Assembly: GCA_009103225.1 (NCBI GenBank)
Contig: RHPI01000810.1
Span: forward strand, 1,043,965 to 1,107,964
Source: Chlorokybus atmophyticus
Taxonomy: Eukaryota > Plantae > Mesostigma and Chlorokybus algae
Direction: 5' to 3'
DNA length: 64,000 nucleotides
Both the position numbers and the translations under genes were made by a program. The notes beneath the pieces are model-generated. The model ran no database searches and was not told the origin of the DNA. It worked only from the letters and a program-made list of their open reading frames with translations. Positions 36,547 to 50,913 of the stretch are shown piece by piece; the first letter of the stretch is position 1, and every line of letters begins with the position of its first letter.

Positions 36547-39536
36547 TTACGCACGGCAAGTCCCACCTGTTGACTCCAGTCCGCCACACACATATGCACA
36601 ACGCACATAGCATGAGAGGCAGCGCTTACCGTACAGTACATCGACTGCATCCACACTGGGTGGATTGAGACCCAGGTAAATTGGGTTGCCTGTAGTGAGC
36701 ACAGTGAGTAAGGTGTTGGACAAGTCCAGCTGCAGCTTGTAGGTGGCCTTCAGACTATCATCATATAGTTCAACAGTAGAAGAGAACGACAACGTGCTGC
36801 TGTAAATCATTGGTGGATACAAGTAAGGGGTCATGCTGATGCACAATTGCACGCACAGCCACGGCACACGCACACGCACACGCACACGTCAACACAACCA
36901 TGGTTGTGCACACACGCATATGTGCGCAAGCTGCCACAAATGTGCACACGTGCATGGACGTGCTGATATGCGTATGCGTACACACCAACGAACGTAAGCT
37001 GCACGCGCATGCACTGAGTCTGACTTGGTGTACTGCGCACAACAAGCCATAATCTCACCAGCATAGACGTCGATGCGGAAGTTCTAGAAAACCGTGCCGA
37101 GCGGCTTGGTCACAATGGCCTCAAGCCCTGTTGTGCGAGTGTTGCGCACAGTCATGATGTACTCGTCACGGGTCAAGTACCCAATGTAGAGTCGTCCATG
37201 AACTGTGACAACAACGTTCAACAATCTCATCATGCGCTCAACAACACATACACAAGCACCGCTTACTGGGATCCAGCTGCATGTCTAGCAGCAACAATCT
37301 GTAGCCGGGTTGGGGGGTAAACAGCGGGAATGTCTGTAAGTTGGTAAGCCGCATCTTGCTGGCGTTCAGCCACCCGCGATTGAGTGTGTTCGCGTCCGGC
37401 TTGCTGCTGTAGTACGCGATATAATCCACCCAATACACGATGTTGGGCACAACTGCATACCAGCAAGTCAGAGAGTGTGTGCGTGTGCATATGTATGCAA
37501 TTTGCATATGAAGACTCGCACACCTGAGTCGTCTATTGTAAAGGCCTCAATCTCGTTATAGTTGACACGCTCTTTGGGCGAGTGGTGCGGTAACTTGTAA
37601 ACCAGCGACGGGGATGCTCGTCCGTTGGTGTTGCTCACAACCTTCGTCGAGTTCCACCACACAACAAACCGGCGCCCACCATCTGCACATACCCACACGA
37701 TCCATATGGTACACAACACAGGAGGGTTCCTCTTTCACATGCATGGCATCACTTGCCGTAAAACACGGTGCTCTCCATGAAACCAGTCATGAGGTCAAGA
37801 TGTGTGTTGAAGGTTTGGGATGCCGGCTTTGCCCCACCGGAAGTGTCGGTTGCCAAAGTTGTGAACACGCGCTCGGTCTCGGGGTAAAGGTAAGGTTGTG
37901 TGTAAGAACCCTCCGTCCAGTAGAGGCTGTCTGGCACACAAACACACGCGCAAACGCGTCACACCAGCAGCCACATCAAGCAGCACATCCGCATGTATGA
38001 TAGTATCCCCATTACAGGGACGCACCATTGATCACTTGGACATGGCTCGTCAGCGTGATACCACCAGCGGTGTCGCTCTGGTCAGGTCGCTGTACAGGTC
38101 CGTCACGGGTGCGTTGCTCAAGGAGATGTTCTTTATCGCGTAGGTGGTCCGCCCGCTGCTGTCATTCTTGGTTGAAAAGCCACTCACCAGACTGTGCGCG
38201 CACCTGGATAGGCCTAGAAGGCCAACACACACACACACACACGCGCGCTCGCGCTTGCATGTGCGATTATGCGCGCGCGTATACACACGCACATGCACAT
38301 GCACACGCAAGCACCAATGGCAGGCTCTCTTAGCACTGGGTGGAATACTGTCAGCATGGACCTGTGGATGTGTTCATATCGCACTTCTTTGGTGTTGGGA
38401 CTTCTGTAAAGCACATCGCCGTTGTACGTGCCTCCCACGTGGAGGTTGTTGAGGTTGACCGGGTTATTGCAGGTTGCGCTGGCGAGGATCACCGGAGCAA
38501 CGCAGCGAGCTGCCACGCGGGTGACACTTACCACGCAAGCGGGGTCATATGCACCGTTGAGGAGTCAGTACTCGTTGCACATACTGCCACACGAGCTGTT
38601 GAATGCGTACACACAAACAAGCACGCATTTAAGTGGCATGCTCACATGTGTGCGAGCGTAAGAACCTTTTCTTTGCAGTTGCGCACACATGCGCGCACAG
38701 AAGCAGTACTCACACAAATGCAATCACAGAGAAACGCTCATGCACACACGCGAACACCTGCATGCGCACACCTGCATGCACATGTATTAGAGATTTGCAC
38801 TGATGGATGTGTGGCTGCACACACTTTATTAAACATTGTTACCTTGTCTGGTAGCGGACTCGTCTGTGTTGGCGAGGTGTGTGAAACTGAACATGCCGTC
38901 TGTGTTTGTGAAGGTCGTCACATCAGTCAGAGTAACAATGCATTGGGGGAAGCCGCCGCCGGTTGCGGTGCAAGTGAGTTCCACCTGTAGTTGTGTTGGT
39001 CAACATCTGATGATGATCAACACCTATGTTGTGATTATGTTGTTGTTTTGACTGTGTGTGCGTGCACCTGAGGGTTGTTGCGGGGATAGTTGGTACCAGG
39101 GTCAAAGCGGCCATTCTGGCAGGCGTCGAAGTACACGCGGCCGGTGATGGTGGCATGGTCGTCAAATGGGGGTGGTGGTACTTGCGCTGAAAGACAGGCA
39201 CAACAATCCCAACAAAAGAGCGCTGTCAGTTGATCAAATCCAGTGTAGCTCATGTAGATGGCTGCATCACATGCACACACAAACAAACCAACAAGCACCA
39301 CCACAACAACCACAGCAACGGATGGTTGTCAGTTGATCATTGCCATTCCACTGCAATTGCAATGGCTGCAAAAAGCGCACACACGGAAACTACCGACAAC
39401 AACCAACAAGACAAGCGAACTGTCCCCAACATACACAAGCATTGAGACTGGAGGTCGCACCATTGGCCAAGGGTGTACTGACGACGGCTATGAAGAGGAG
39501 GATGGAGAGGGTGAGGTTGCTAGTAGCAAGAGACAT
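36547..39536 (-). pseudogene. Family copy D, disrupted
   Basis: ATG at 39536 (MSLATSNLTLSILLFIAVVSTPLAN) and all 11 exons recognisable, ending GGTCRA*. Lesions: exon-4 acceptor AG lost (~38555), 2-nt deletion near 38410, and in-frame TAG at 37084-37086 in exon 9. Confidence 0.85.
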
Positions 39537-40898
39537 GTTCACGAGCGGAACAAAACCACGCCTAACTGCCAACCCAACGTAGCCAAGCCTGCCTTTTTAT
39601 ACTAGGCGGAATGTTTTGCATGACCCTGACTGGCAGCAGCATGCTGCGGACTTTCCCACAAGATGCCGCCTGCCCTCCCGTGCGTTGCCATCGCCTTGGC
39701 AAAAGCACGCGTTGCCGCTTCGTTGATTATAGGCCTGTCTTGTCTAGCTGGTCTGTAGATATGATGTAATCAAGCAAGGCTGTCACTGTCACCTCGGTGT
39801 GTCTGTGTCGACCCCAGTCCAGCAATGGACTGGACAGAACCGACCAACAAACCAGCGACCAAGCATGCATTTGTGTTTGAGGACAAGCGTGCTGTCAACA
39901 ACACTGGCACGAAACACACCAGGACATGGAGACAGCGAAGAGCTGTGTGTATGGTAGACGGCAGCTGGTGGACACAGCCCACTTGCCTGCCAGCACAGCA
40001 CAGCTCCGCTGCAAGCAATGCGCGTCGTCCGCAATGGAGGTAGTTGTGGGGTTTTAACCACTCCACTACAGCGCAGTGAATACGCCTGTCCTGTCTCACC
40101 GCCGGCCGATTGTCAGCGCCATCGTCGCACAGCGTCTTGTCTCGGACAACACTGCGTGCATGTTGCAAGCAAGCAACATGCACACCATAACAAGTGCCGC
40201 AGCGTCACGGCAGACAGCGTCATGGCGTCACATTTGAAACGTCTCCACGTTACACCACGTTACGCGTGACGGTAGTGAGAGAGAAGCCGGCGCTGAGCGC
40301 TTGCTTGCTTGGCAAAGGTGGCCTGTGCAGCTAGCGTTGTCCCTCGGGTGCTCCGCCTTGTCGGCATGGTTGGCGGCGTTGTGTGAGGTGCTGTCCCTTC
40401 AGCCTGGCTAGCCTTGCAGCCCAAGCTAGAAGCCACCAGCTAGAAGATGTTGAGCAATCAAGCTTTGCGTGAAGAAGGAGCTGATCCAATAGCTTCTGTC
40501 GTCCTGATGGGTCGCGTCTCCTTGAGTTCATTTTAATTTGCTTCAGCTTGCGATTGCGCTGAAGCTTGAGCTCAGCTGTGCGCAGTCTGTCAGGGTCAGC
40601 TGCATGCAAGGCGCACAAACGCGTGAATCACCTGTGGTCGCAGTCAAGCAGCAGGCAAGAGGTGACCATTGACTGCACCCGTGTTGAGTGAAAGATACGT
40701 ACATGCGGTCAGGCACCTGGTGGTTCATCAAGAACAACATCTGGCCTTCTCCGTCGGTTGCACAGTCAAGGCATGTCACCTCCTTGCCATGGCTACTTTC
40801 TAGTACTACAGCAAGCTCTACATGCAGCAGCCGCGTAATCTTCCTTGTGTGTGTTTTGTGACCTGTTTCCTGCGTGAGTTGTTCTGCATCTCTCTCTC

Positions 40899-41502
<604 letters not shown>

Positions 41503-41791
41503 GCAACAGCATTACTTCAAGTTTGAGTCCAGCAGTATATCTTGTCACCAAGTTCGACCGTTTCTGCAACACACATGTTTTCAAATGAGTGTCCACTTGT
41601 AAATCTCATATTAATGTGCTCTATGTCGCTATGCCAAGTTTTCCCAAACAGCCTTATTCTACAAGCTATACACACGTTGCATGCGCTACGCACACGCACA
41701 AAAACACCTCAGACACAGTGTTCCACCCTCATCTCACCCATGGCAGCAAGATACGTCTCACACTAGCTCTACCCTTCGCCCTTGAAGACAC

Positions 41792-44700
41792 TTACGCACG
41801 ACACTCTACGCCTGTTGAAACACAAATCAATCATACAATGTCACACATGCACATCGCGCACGGCATGAGAAAGAAGAGCCAGCGCTTACCGTATAGTATG
41901 TCAAATTCAGATACATCAGCTGGAATGAGGCCTGTGTACACCGGGTAGCCTTTAGCAAGCACGGGGTTCGTGTTGTTGGACAAATCCAGCTGCATCTTGA
42001 AGAGGGCGTTTAGAGTGTGACTGTCATCTCCGACAGGAGAAGGGTACGTCTTGCGGCTGTAAAAGACTGGTGGATCTGCATACAACTCAGGGGTCATGCT
42101 CAGTCACACACGAGCACACACTCATAGACAGTTACTCTAACACACACATATGCAGGCGCGCAAGTACACACATCAACAAGATGTTTGCACGCGCACATGC
42201 TCAGGTGCGTATGCGCACACCAATGTACTGATTCACTTGAGTGTGCTGCACACAACACAAGCCAGAATCTCACCGGCGTATTTGTCGATGCGAGGAAAGT
42301 TGGAGACGGACACGCCGAGCGGCTTCGTCACAATGGCCTCAAGGTTGTCCGTGCGGGTGTTGCGTACAGTGATGATATACTCTACCACTTGACGGGTTGG
42401 CAACGTCTGTTGGGTTAAGTACCCAACATAGAGCCGTCCATGAACTGCGACAACAATCACCAACCTCATCATGCGCACAACCACGCATAATCCTTGCATA
42501 CTATATTATATACATCACGTGCATATTCTGTACACACTGACTGTGCATGCCACTATGCATGTGCATTTTCGTTTCGCATTGTTTGTACACATATACGCAC
42601 ACAAGCAGCACTCACCAGAGTCCACCTGCAGGCCCTGTAAAGCACTGACGTAGTAGGTTTTTTCGTTAGTGAACAGCGGGAACGTCTTTATGTTGGTCAG
42701 CTGTGTCTTGCTGGCATTCAGCCACCCGCGCTTGAGTATGTACGCATCTGGGTTATCAGTGCTGTATATGATGTACTCCACCCAGTACACGACATTGGGC
42801 GAAACTGCAAGGCAACGAGTCAGATAGTGCGTGCATGCGCGCACGCGGGCCCATTCACACCTGGGAGTAACACTCACCTGAGTCGTCAAGTCCAAGTGCC
42901 ACAATGAGTTGAGCGTCAATGGTGCTTTGATTGGGTGAGGGACGTGTGTAAAGCAGCGACGGGGACGCTTGCCAATTGGCGTTGGTGCTGGCAATCTTCG
43001 TCGAGTTCCACCATAGAACGAAGCGGCGCCCGCCATCTGCACACATATTGATATGTCATGTCATTTGTTGCGCAACACAGGAGGATGCTATTTACTTCAC
43101 GGAGACTTGCCATAAAACACGGTGCTCTCAGTGTCGTAGAGCGTGTTGAAGACTTGAGATGCCGGCTGCGCGCCGCTGGATGTGTCGGTCGCCAGAATCG
43201 TGAACACGCGCTCGGTCTCGGGGTAAGGGTTAGTTGCATAAAAAACTGAACCCTCCGTCCAGTAGAGGCTGTCTGATACACACCCACAGAATGCGCATGC
43301 CAACATGTCATATGTCCGAGCCCTGTATACATGCGCACGCACTGACACGAACACACGCATGCAGGCTAGCATGCACACACACACACGTGCGTGCGTGCGC
43401 GCACGCCACATCCCATGAGACAATCAGTAGAGCATGTGTGATTGCGTCTTCATCCAGTGCCCCACCATTGATGACTTGGACTTTGCTCGAGACCACGCTG
43501 TATTGGCCTTTGGGTAGTACTTTGGTCCGGTGGGTGTACAGGACCTTTGTGGGCGCGTTGCTAAGAGAGACGCTCTTTAGCGTGTAGTTGGCAACAAGGG
43601 TACGCCTGGGGTGGTAGATAGAAACCAGAATGCCGCTCACCAGACTGCGCGCACACCCTGCAAGAAAGCCAGATAAACGCACACCCATGCACACACACTC
43701 GCATAGGTAAGCACCATTGGCAACTCTTTATGGATGTTGTAATGACGTAAGCAGTGACCTGTGGCTGTGGTTGTGATGCAGGTCTTCGGTGTGGGGACTT
43801 CCGTGAAGCACACATCGGCATTGTACGTGCCCCCCGCATGGAGGTTTGAAGCATCACTGAACTCAGAAGCATCGAAGGTGATCGGGTTGTTGCAGGTTGC
43901 GCTCTCGAGAAGCACCGGAGCGATGCAACGCGCAGCCACGCGAATGACGCGCACCACGCACTTCCCATCAAACACGCCTGTGAGGAGTGGACAACCTTTA
44001 CGACGTGTGCAAGCGCACACGTGCACACACCACAGAGAAGGTCAACACACGTACACACGCACATTCACAAAAGCATACGCATATGCATGCGCATGAAAGC
44101 GCCTATGCTTGCATATGCACACATACGCGCACGCATGCGCCTGCACGCGCGGATTCACCCACAAGCGCGCATGACACATGAATCGTTTACCTTGTCTGTA
44201 AAAGGACTCTGTGCTTTGTGCCAGGCGCGTGAAGTTGAACACTCCGTTACCGTTGGTGAGAGTCGTCACGTCGGTTAGGGTGACTTGTTGTGGGGGCTCC
44301 CGGTTGGAATTGGTACCGCTGCACACGAGACGCACCTGTATGGTGGTGTTGGTTCACGTGTCAACAATGGTGTTGTTGTGACTGTGTGTGTGTGTGTGTG
44401 TGTGCACCTGAGCATTGCGGCGTGGGTAGTTGGGGCCGGGGTCGAAACGGCCGTTCTGGCAGGCGTCGCAGTACACACGGCCGGTGATGGTGGCGCGGTC
44501 ATCCGCTGGGGGTGATGGGACTTGCGCTGAGGGACACGCACACACACGCGCACACACACACACACACACACAGCGTGACCACCACCACCACCACCACCAC
44601 CGCCACAGTAATAAAGGACTGTCAGTTGATCAGTTCCAGTCAAGATCGACGTGATGGCTGCAACACTTGTCCATGCAAGCTAACCAAATACCAGACAGCA

Positions 44701-44840
44701 GACAAGGGAATGTTCACCCGAAACACACAAGCAATGAGGTTGGTGGTCGCACCATTGGCAAAGGGTTTGGTGGCGACGGCAAGGAAGAGTAGGAAGAAAG
44801 AGAGGGTAAGAGTGAGGCGGCTGATAGAAGGAGGAGACAT
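41792..44840 (-). CDS. Family copy E: intact 549-aa secreted protein (signal peptide + Ole-e-1/SdrD-B-like domain + six YWTD-like repeats)
   Basis: Exons 44840-44753, 44526-44408, 44335-44191, 43977-43759, 43657-43466, 43272-43111, 43036-42878, 42804-42616, 42444-42274, 42075-41890 and 41811-41792 sum to 1650 nt (549 aa + stop) with no internal stop. Donors are GT except one GC, acceptors are AG. Multiple NxS/T sites. Confidence 0.88.
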
Positions 44841-47068
44841 GCTTGCAAGCTGAGTACACGTCACAACTCGTCTTCCTGCCACCCCAACTGCCAGGCCTGC
44901 CGTTGTAAATACTCGCGCAATGTGTGCATGTATCTGACATGCAGCAACTTGCTGCGGACTACCACCCAGATATTACCGCCTGCCCGCGCAATGGATGCCA
45001 TCGCCTTGGCGAGAACGCACGCGCAACCTTCTTGGATTGCGCCTGGTCCTGTCTTGTACAATGAGTACAGTTTCCTAATATGTACATCTCTGAAGCCTCA
45101 GGGGCCATGGCAGGCTTGATCATGATATCTCACATAATAATGGTGTATCTCCCAATCCTCAGGGGCCATGCATAGGCATGGCAAGTTTTCATTACGCCTA
45201 AATGCCGCGTCACCGACGCCGCCACCCCCTCTCAGCGTTGGATGAAGTGACGCCGTAACAACAATCACCACACCGTGACGCCGGGCGGTTCCTGTGTCGA
45301 TTACACCGTGACGCCCAAAGCCGCTGCCGCCTGTAATCACTACAGACCGAACGCCGATGACGCCGACGGACCCTCCAACGGGCCCTCAGTGAGGGTGTTA
45401 GTTTCTGTGAGGGCACTCACAGCTAAAAGGGCAGGTGTGTTACGATAGCCCTTGGGTGGGGGTTTGAGTAACTTCAACTCCTAAGAAAACCTCAACATGT
45501 GAGCGCGTTTTACTCACATGGCCTAGTGGAAATGCTTGACGTATTTGTATGTACATTAGCACGCAAATTTTTTTACCTAGCAATGCGCTTCGGCGCAATT
45601 TATAAATTACATGTGCTTTCGTTGCAACTTCTTCAATGATGGTGAGACTCTTCATCGAACGAAGCGGACAACGGTTAAACGCGAACTAACCGAAAACACC
45701 GTTGTTGTTCATGTTATTTAAAAGAGTAATCGAGGTGCGAAAGTAGCTATGCTTCGTGTCGCAAGGTTGTGGCATCAAACGGATTGCAGCACTTAAATTG
45801 CGGTCTTTTTAAAGCTTCGTAGCTTTGTAATAATAAATCGCGGTTTATAAATGAAAAAATGCAACACGCACGCAGGCACAACGGGTTGGCACAGCAGCAT
45901 ACCCCTTTTATACCAATGTATATGTCTTAATATGAAAAAAATAACATGGTTTTAGAGAGAAACCTATGAAGGCTTAAATAAGTGCTTTTACGCTTAAACA
46001 CTTGGATAGCTTTATTGGAGTCATATGCTTAAAATGTATAAATCACCCCGCTTATCCCCGATTACTGCTCGTACATATCAGACTTACATTGTACATTCAA
46101 GAACTTTCAACCATATATACTACGTTTAGTTGGCTATGGCTTGGTAAGCCATGGCCATCACGATTCACATTCAATACATATGTGACAATAGATTACTATC
46201 ACATACGAAGTATTTGCCAGTTTGGAGAAACGAAGGGAGCGCAGTTGTTGCACACGTACAACGCATGACGAACTAGGGCACATGGCATGCTGACTGCTTT
46301 TCGCACATGCATGCAACATTGTTATGCCCATACAATCCTATGTAGGGCTCATCCGGCACGGCCACACCGCCTGGCCGACGGCCGCCTTGGCTACGGATGT
46401 TTCTAGCGACGATTCCTCCCGTTTTAATGTGCGCTTGCCCACTCTCGACATTAAACAAGTGAGACACATGCATTTGGTTTGCGTGGTTCGGTGATTCTGT
46501 CTGTTGCACGCATCTGAGTGGTTCTTTTACAGCGTGATACATACGTGTGCTGATAGGCGCAGGGGTTGCAGCAGTGTCTGGCGTCCATACACGCGCAGCC
46601 GGTGAATGTTGTGCTACGTGAAATTCTATGTGTGGTATGTGCATGTGTTATTGCAAACATGTACACACGCACAAGCACATGGGCACCTGCAGGTGCGCAA
46701 GCACCTGCACGTTTCATATGCGCTGCAGTGCGCAATTGTAAACAAGCACACAGGCAAGTGCACCTGCGCGGGCACACACATGCATGCGCACACCGTGGAT
46801 ATGCACACGCGTGCGTGCATGGGTATTAACGCCAGCAGCAATGTGCACACACACTGCTGCGCACACAACTGCTGGCGTATTTGCCTCCCGGCAAAGTAAA
46901 CAGCACCACGTGTTACATGTCCACATGTTACGTTTTTGAACATGGTTGCACCACAGCAGTCAACCAACATGTGCTCATTGCTTTGCATCTGGCAAAGTCA
47001 CTGCCAAAAAGATATTATCATTCATGTGTTTGCTGGTATGGGTGAAACCGTTTGCCTTTATGCCTCGT

Positions 47069-47070
<2 letters not shown>

Positions 47071-47138
<68 letters not shown>

Positions 47139-47163
47139 NCTCTCTCTCTCTCCCTCTCTCTCT
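47071..47163. repeat. (TC)n microsatellite
   Basis: Direct read; contains one N. Confidence 0.9.
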
Positions 47164-47967
47164 CCCCCCCCTAAACCATAGATGTTTGCCTTGGGCTGCA
47201 AGAGTGATTTCACATGGCATGTGTCGCGCATACCACAACAGCACAGTGTTGTGGCATGCACGACACATGCAACGTATGTGACATGCAGTTGCCGCAACTG
47301 CCAGTCCGTGTGGCATGAACTCTTAACTTAACACAACCACTAAGCGCAGAGGACAGCTGCAACTCAGTTTGCTACATTGCTGTGCACATCGGTTTGCATG
47401 CATATGCATGCCATGCGATATAAGGCACATGCGTGCAATTGGAAGCTAATGCGCGTCATGTGTGTACAAAAATTGCAAGTAATGCTTGCAACAACCACAA
47501 CTCATGCCATGCAGTGCATGTTACTTACCTATACTACAGCAGTACACAAGGCGTGTGCGCATATAGTGCAAGGTTTTATTGAGGTCCCAAGGGTGAGGAA
47601 TGTGTGCAGCTAAAGCCTTATATGACTCTTGAGTTGATGTTGGACATCATTACGAATCTATACAGTACGAGGCATAGAGCCTTAGACATTGGTGTGATAC
47701 CAGCACACCAATGTAAAAAGCTCCACCCTACCTATATAAAAAGTAGGGTGGAGAGCGAAAAGGTGTACAAAATATGCGATTCTTATTGGCCATGGTTGTA
47801 CTTGCAATTGCAATTGCGGAATGTATGACATGTATATCATGCATGCGGCATGCAATATGCCGAAATCATAATCAATTATACATGTACATGTGCGCAAATC
47901 AAGTGTGTTGCGAGTGTTTGCCTAAGGTTGAAGCCAGTTTGAGAGGCTGGTGCAGTGGATTATCCTC

Positions 47968-48206
47968 NNNNNNNNNNNNNNNNNNNNNNNNNNNNNNNNN
48001 NNNNNNNNNNNNNNNNNNNNNNNNNNNNNNNNNNNNNNNNNNNNNNNNNNNNNNNNNNNNNNNNNNNNNNNNNNNNNNNNNNNNNNNNNNNNNNNNNNNN
48101 NNNNNNNNNNNNNNNNNNNNNNNNNNNNNNNNNNNNNNNNNNNNNNNNNNNNNNNNNNNNNNNNNNNNNNNNNNNNNNNNNNNNNNNNNNNNNNNNNNNN
48201 NNNNNN
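47968..48206. other. Assembly gap (239 N)
   Basis: Run of N. Confidence 1.
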
Positions 48207-50913
48207 CGTGTGTTGTTGCAATTGCACCTGCAAAGTCACCGCACGGTGCTGCACTGATGGTGTTGACGGGACACATTTTTGTGATAAAAGTCTTTTTGCA
48301 TACATTTGCCAAGCCCGCCGCCGGCAAGCCGAGTTAGCAATCAAGTAAGTGTGTCATGCACACTTACATAACCGTGTAAGTAATTGAGATTACCGCAAGA
48401 ATTAAGCATCAAGCACGTATACTTTAAGGAGTCTGGCTAAGCAAAGCGCAAACCTGGTCTACGATTGCAAGCAGCTTCATCATGCACTCATACACTTATG
48501 CAATAATGAAGCAACATGAAATCACAAACCTCGGCATGCATTTCAAGCGCATTGAGCCATTGAGTCATAAAGATTCTATAAGCTGCGCTTAACCTCCTTA
48601 GGATGTGACACCGGTGACTTATATTTATAGCTCAAGGTTCATTCATGATTGCCCGGCAAAATGTAGCACATCCTCGACTGAAGCAATACGGTATTGATGT
48701 CGTACACTATCTAACATAAGTGTGGCACAAGTCTCAATATGCAAGCCCGTCACACCAATCTAGGATTAGAAGTATCAATGTCCTCGCTGAGCAGCATAGT
48801 ACTAATACAATGTGACTATTGATGTTACTGCTTGTACTTGGCCACGTACGAGCAGTAAGCTAGCCCATGATTGCAATGCTATGGGCTTGGTTACTGCTTG
48901 TGTGTTATAGTCACATTTTGTAGGTATTGGCCTGCTCAGCGAAAGCATCTGGCACTCCTCATCCCGTAACATGTCCCGTAACAATGCATTGTTTTAGGCT
49001 AGGTTAGCACAAAGTATACTACATGCACTGCAATGTCGTAAACATGAAACATGCACATAGAGCAAGGACTTGGGCTAAAGCTTGCGGCTGCCCATGTTTC
49101 TCTTTGCACTATCAGGCAAGGGAGTGACAGTCAGATTTGCTCCCATGCAGCATATCCTCACATTACGCCTCACATACATAATATGAGGCTTGAATAATAA
49201 TTGCTAGCATCTACAATTGCACAATGCCGCTGCGCTGCTTGTTGTTGTTGCCAAGTTGTTTTCTTCTTACCTTTCACACAACTGTTGTGCTCACCTGTTG
49301 GTTGTTGCAATGGGTGCGGTTGCATGTAAAATGCGTTATAGGTGGATATGTGCTCATCAAACATACCTTGAAATGTGAACATATCAATTTGCAACCCAAA
49401 ACCAACGCACATGTTGCAAGTGGCACAAAACCGACCCAATAACATATATATTTGAGCACTTACACATGCATGCCTTGGAGCGGCAAGTGCCGTATCCGAT
49501 CTTTTCTCGCATGTGCCCTTACGGCCGTGTACATTGCACATCGATCACATCTGTCACATCAGTATCATGCATGTGCCGAGTGTGTGGTTGCGCGTGACGA
49601 ACGTCTGTAAGTATACTTACCCACTGTACAACTCCCTCGTCGCCAAATCTTAGGAATGGGTACCCTACCTACTTATCACCCCACAGGTCAGCCCAATCAA
49701 GCGTACCAAGCTAGGTAGAAACTCTATGTCGGTCTCACCAGTAGTACTGCATACAAGCGTTTTGATAAACACTGGTAGCAAAGTGCTTATATGAAAACGA
49801 TACTGGCCATGCATCTTAGTCTTTTCACAAAGCTTTCCTATCGGTGTACATGGATATCATATGCATGATGCGGTCTATGCTTTAAAGCACGTGTTATCAC
49901 TCCTTAGGATATAGCAAGCAACAGTGCACCTAGTAACGGTGCGCTTTTGGTTTGAAGACACGACCGTAGATAGCAACCCGCTGCAGCTAGTACTGGACAT
50001 GGACGAGGTGATGGAGCACCTGCCGCAGGTGTTGCGGTAGCGATGGGATGGCGGGCGAACACTCAGAGCGGTGTGGCTACGTCTGGAGCTTGGGGAGAGC
50101 GTTAAGCAAGTAGACGGGTGAGTCCCCTGCACTACTTGGACTTGGACTTGCTATACGGTGCTCAGTAGGCTGCTGAGGGGGCCAGCGCATCATCTTGTTC
50201 CTTTGCCATTATTGCTTGCTTGCTTGCTTACCCACCTACAGCATGTTGTTTAACGCTTACTTGCATACTGTGTGTTGTGCACTGACACAAGTGAGTTTGA
50301 TGGCGTGCATTGCATTGGAATTGGCCATGCACGTTATGACGTTAACTCATCATTTTGCCTATGCATGTGACACACACTCGCAAAAAGCCCTCAATAAACC
50401 AACCACACTGCGCATGGGCATGAAGGCAAAGGAATGAAGCTGCACTATGCCTATACTCAGACGGAATTGCTACAAGGCTTGACGAACACAACCAGCAAAA
50501 TTATCGTACAAAACATTGATTGTACATTGAGTACTCTCTCTCTTGCCAAGCAAGGCCATATCTACAACCAGAAAACCAACACGTACTAAACATGCATTAC
50601 TTGATGTTCAAGTCCATCATCACATCTTGTCATCAAGTGAAAAGTTTCTACAACATACAAGTTTTTAAATAGATATTCCAAGTGATATATTCACTTGGAA
50701 ATCTCACTTTGTGTTCCCCCAATGTTCCTATGCTACGTATTTTCCACAACATCTTTGTGTTTCCACAAGCTACACACACAATGCATGCACTATGTTGCAT
50801 GTACTGGACATACGCACAACAAAGACACCTCAGAACACAGTGTTCCACCTCATCTCACCCATGGCGGCAGGATAGATTGTACACTCAGCTCTTCCCCTTG
50901 CCCTTGGACATAC

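Noticed and set aside
46347-46460. LIRHGHTAW resembling a histidine-phosphatase RHG motif in an exon-like segment
   Set aside because: No further supporting exons or motifs; probably chance.
47774-48348. ORFs spanning X runs
   Set aside because: Artefacts of the N gap.
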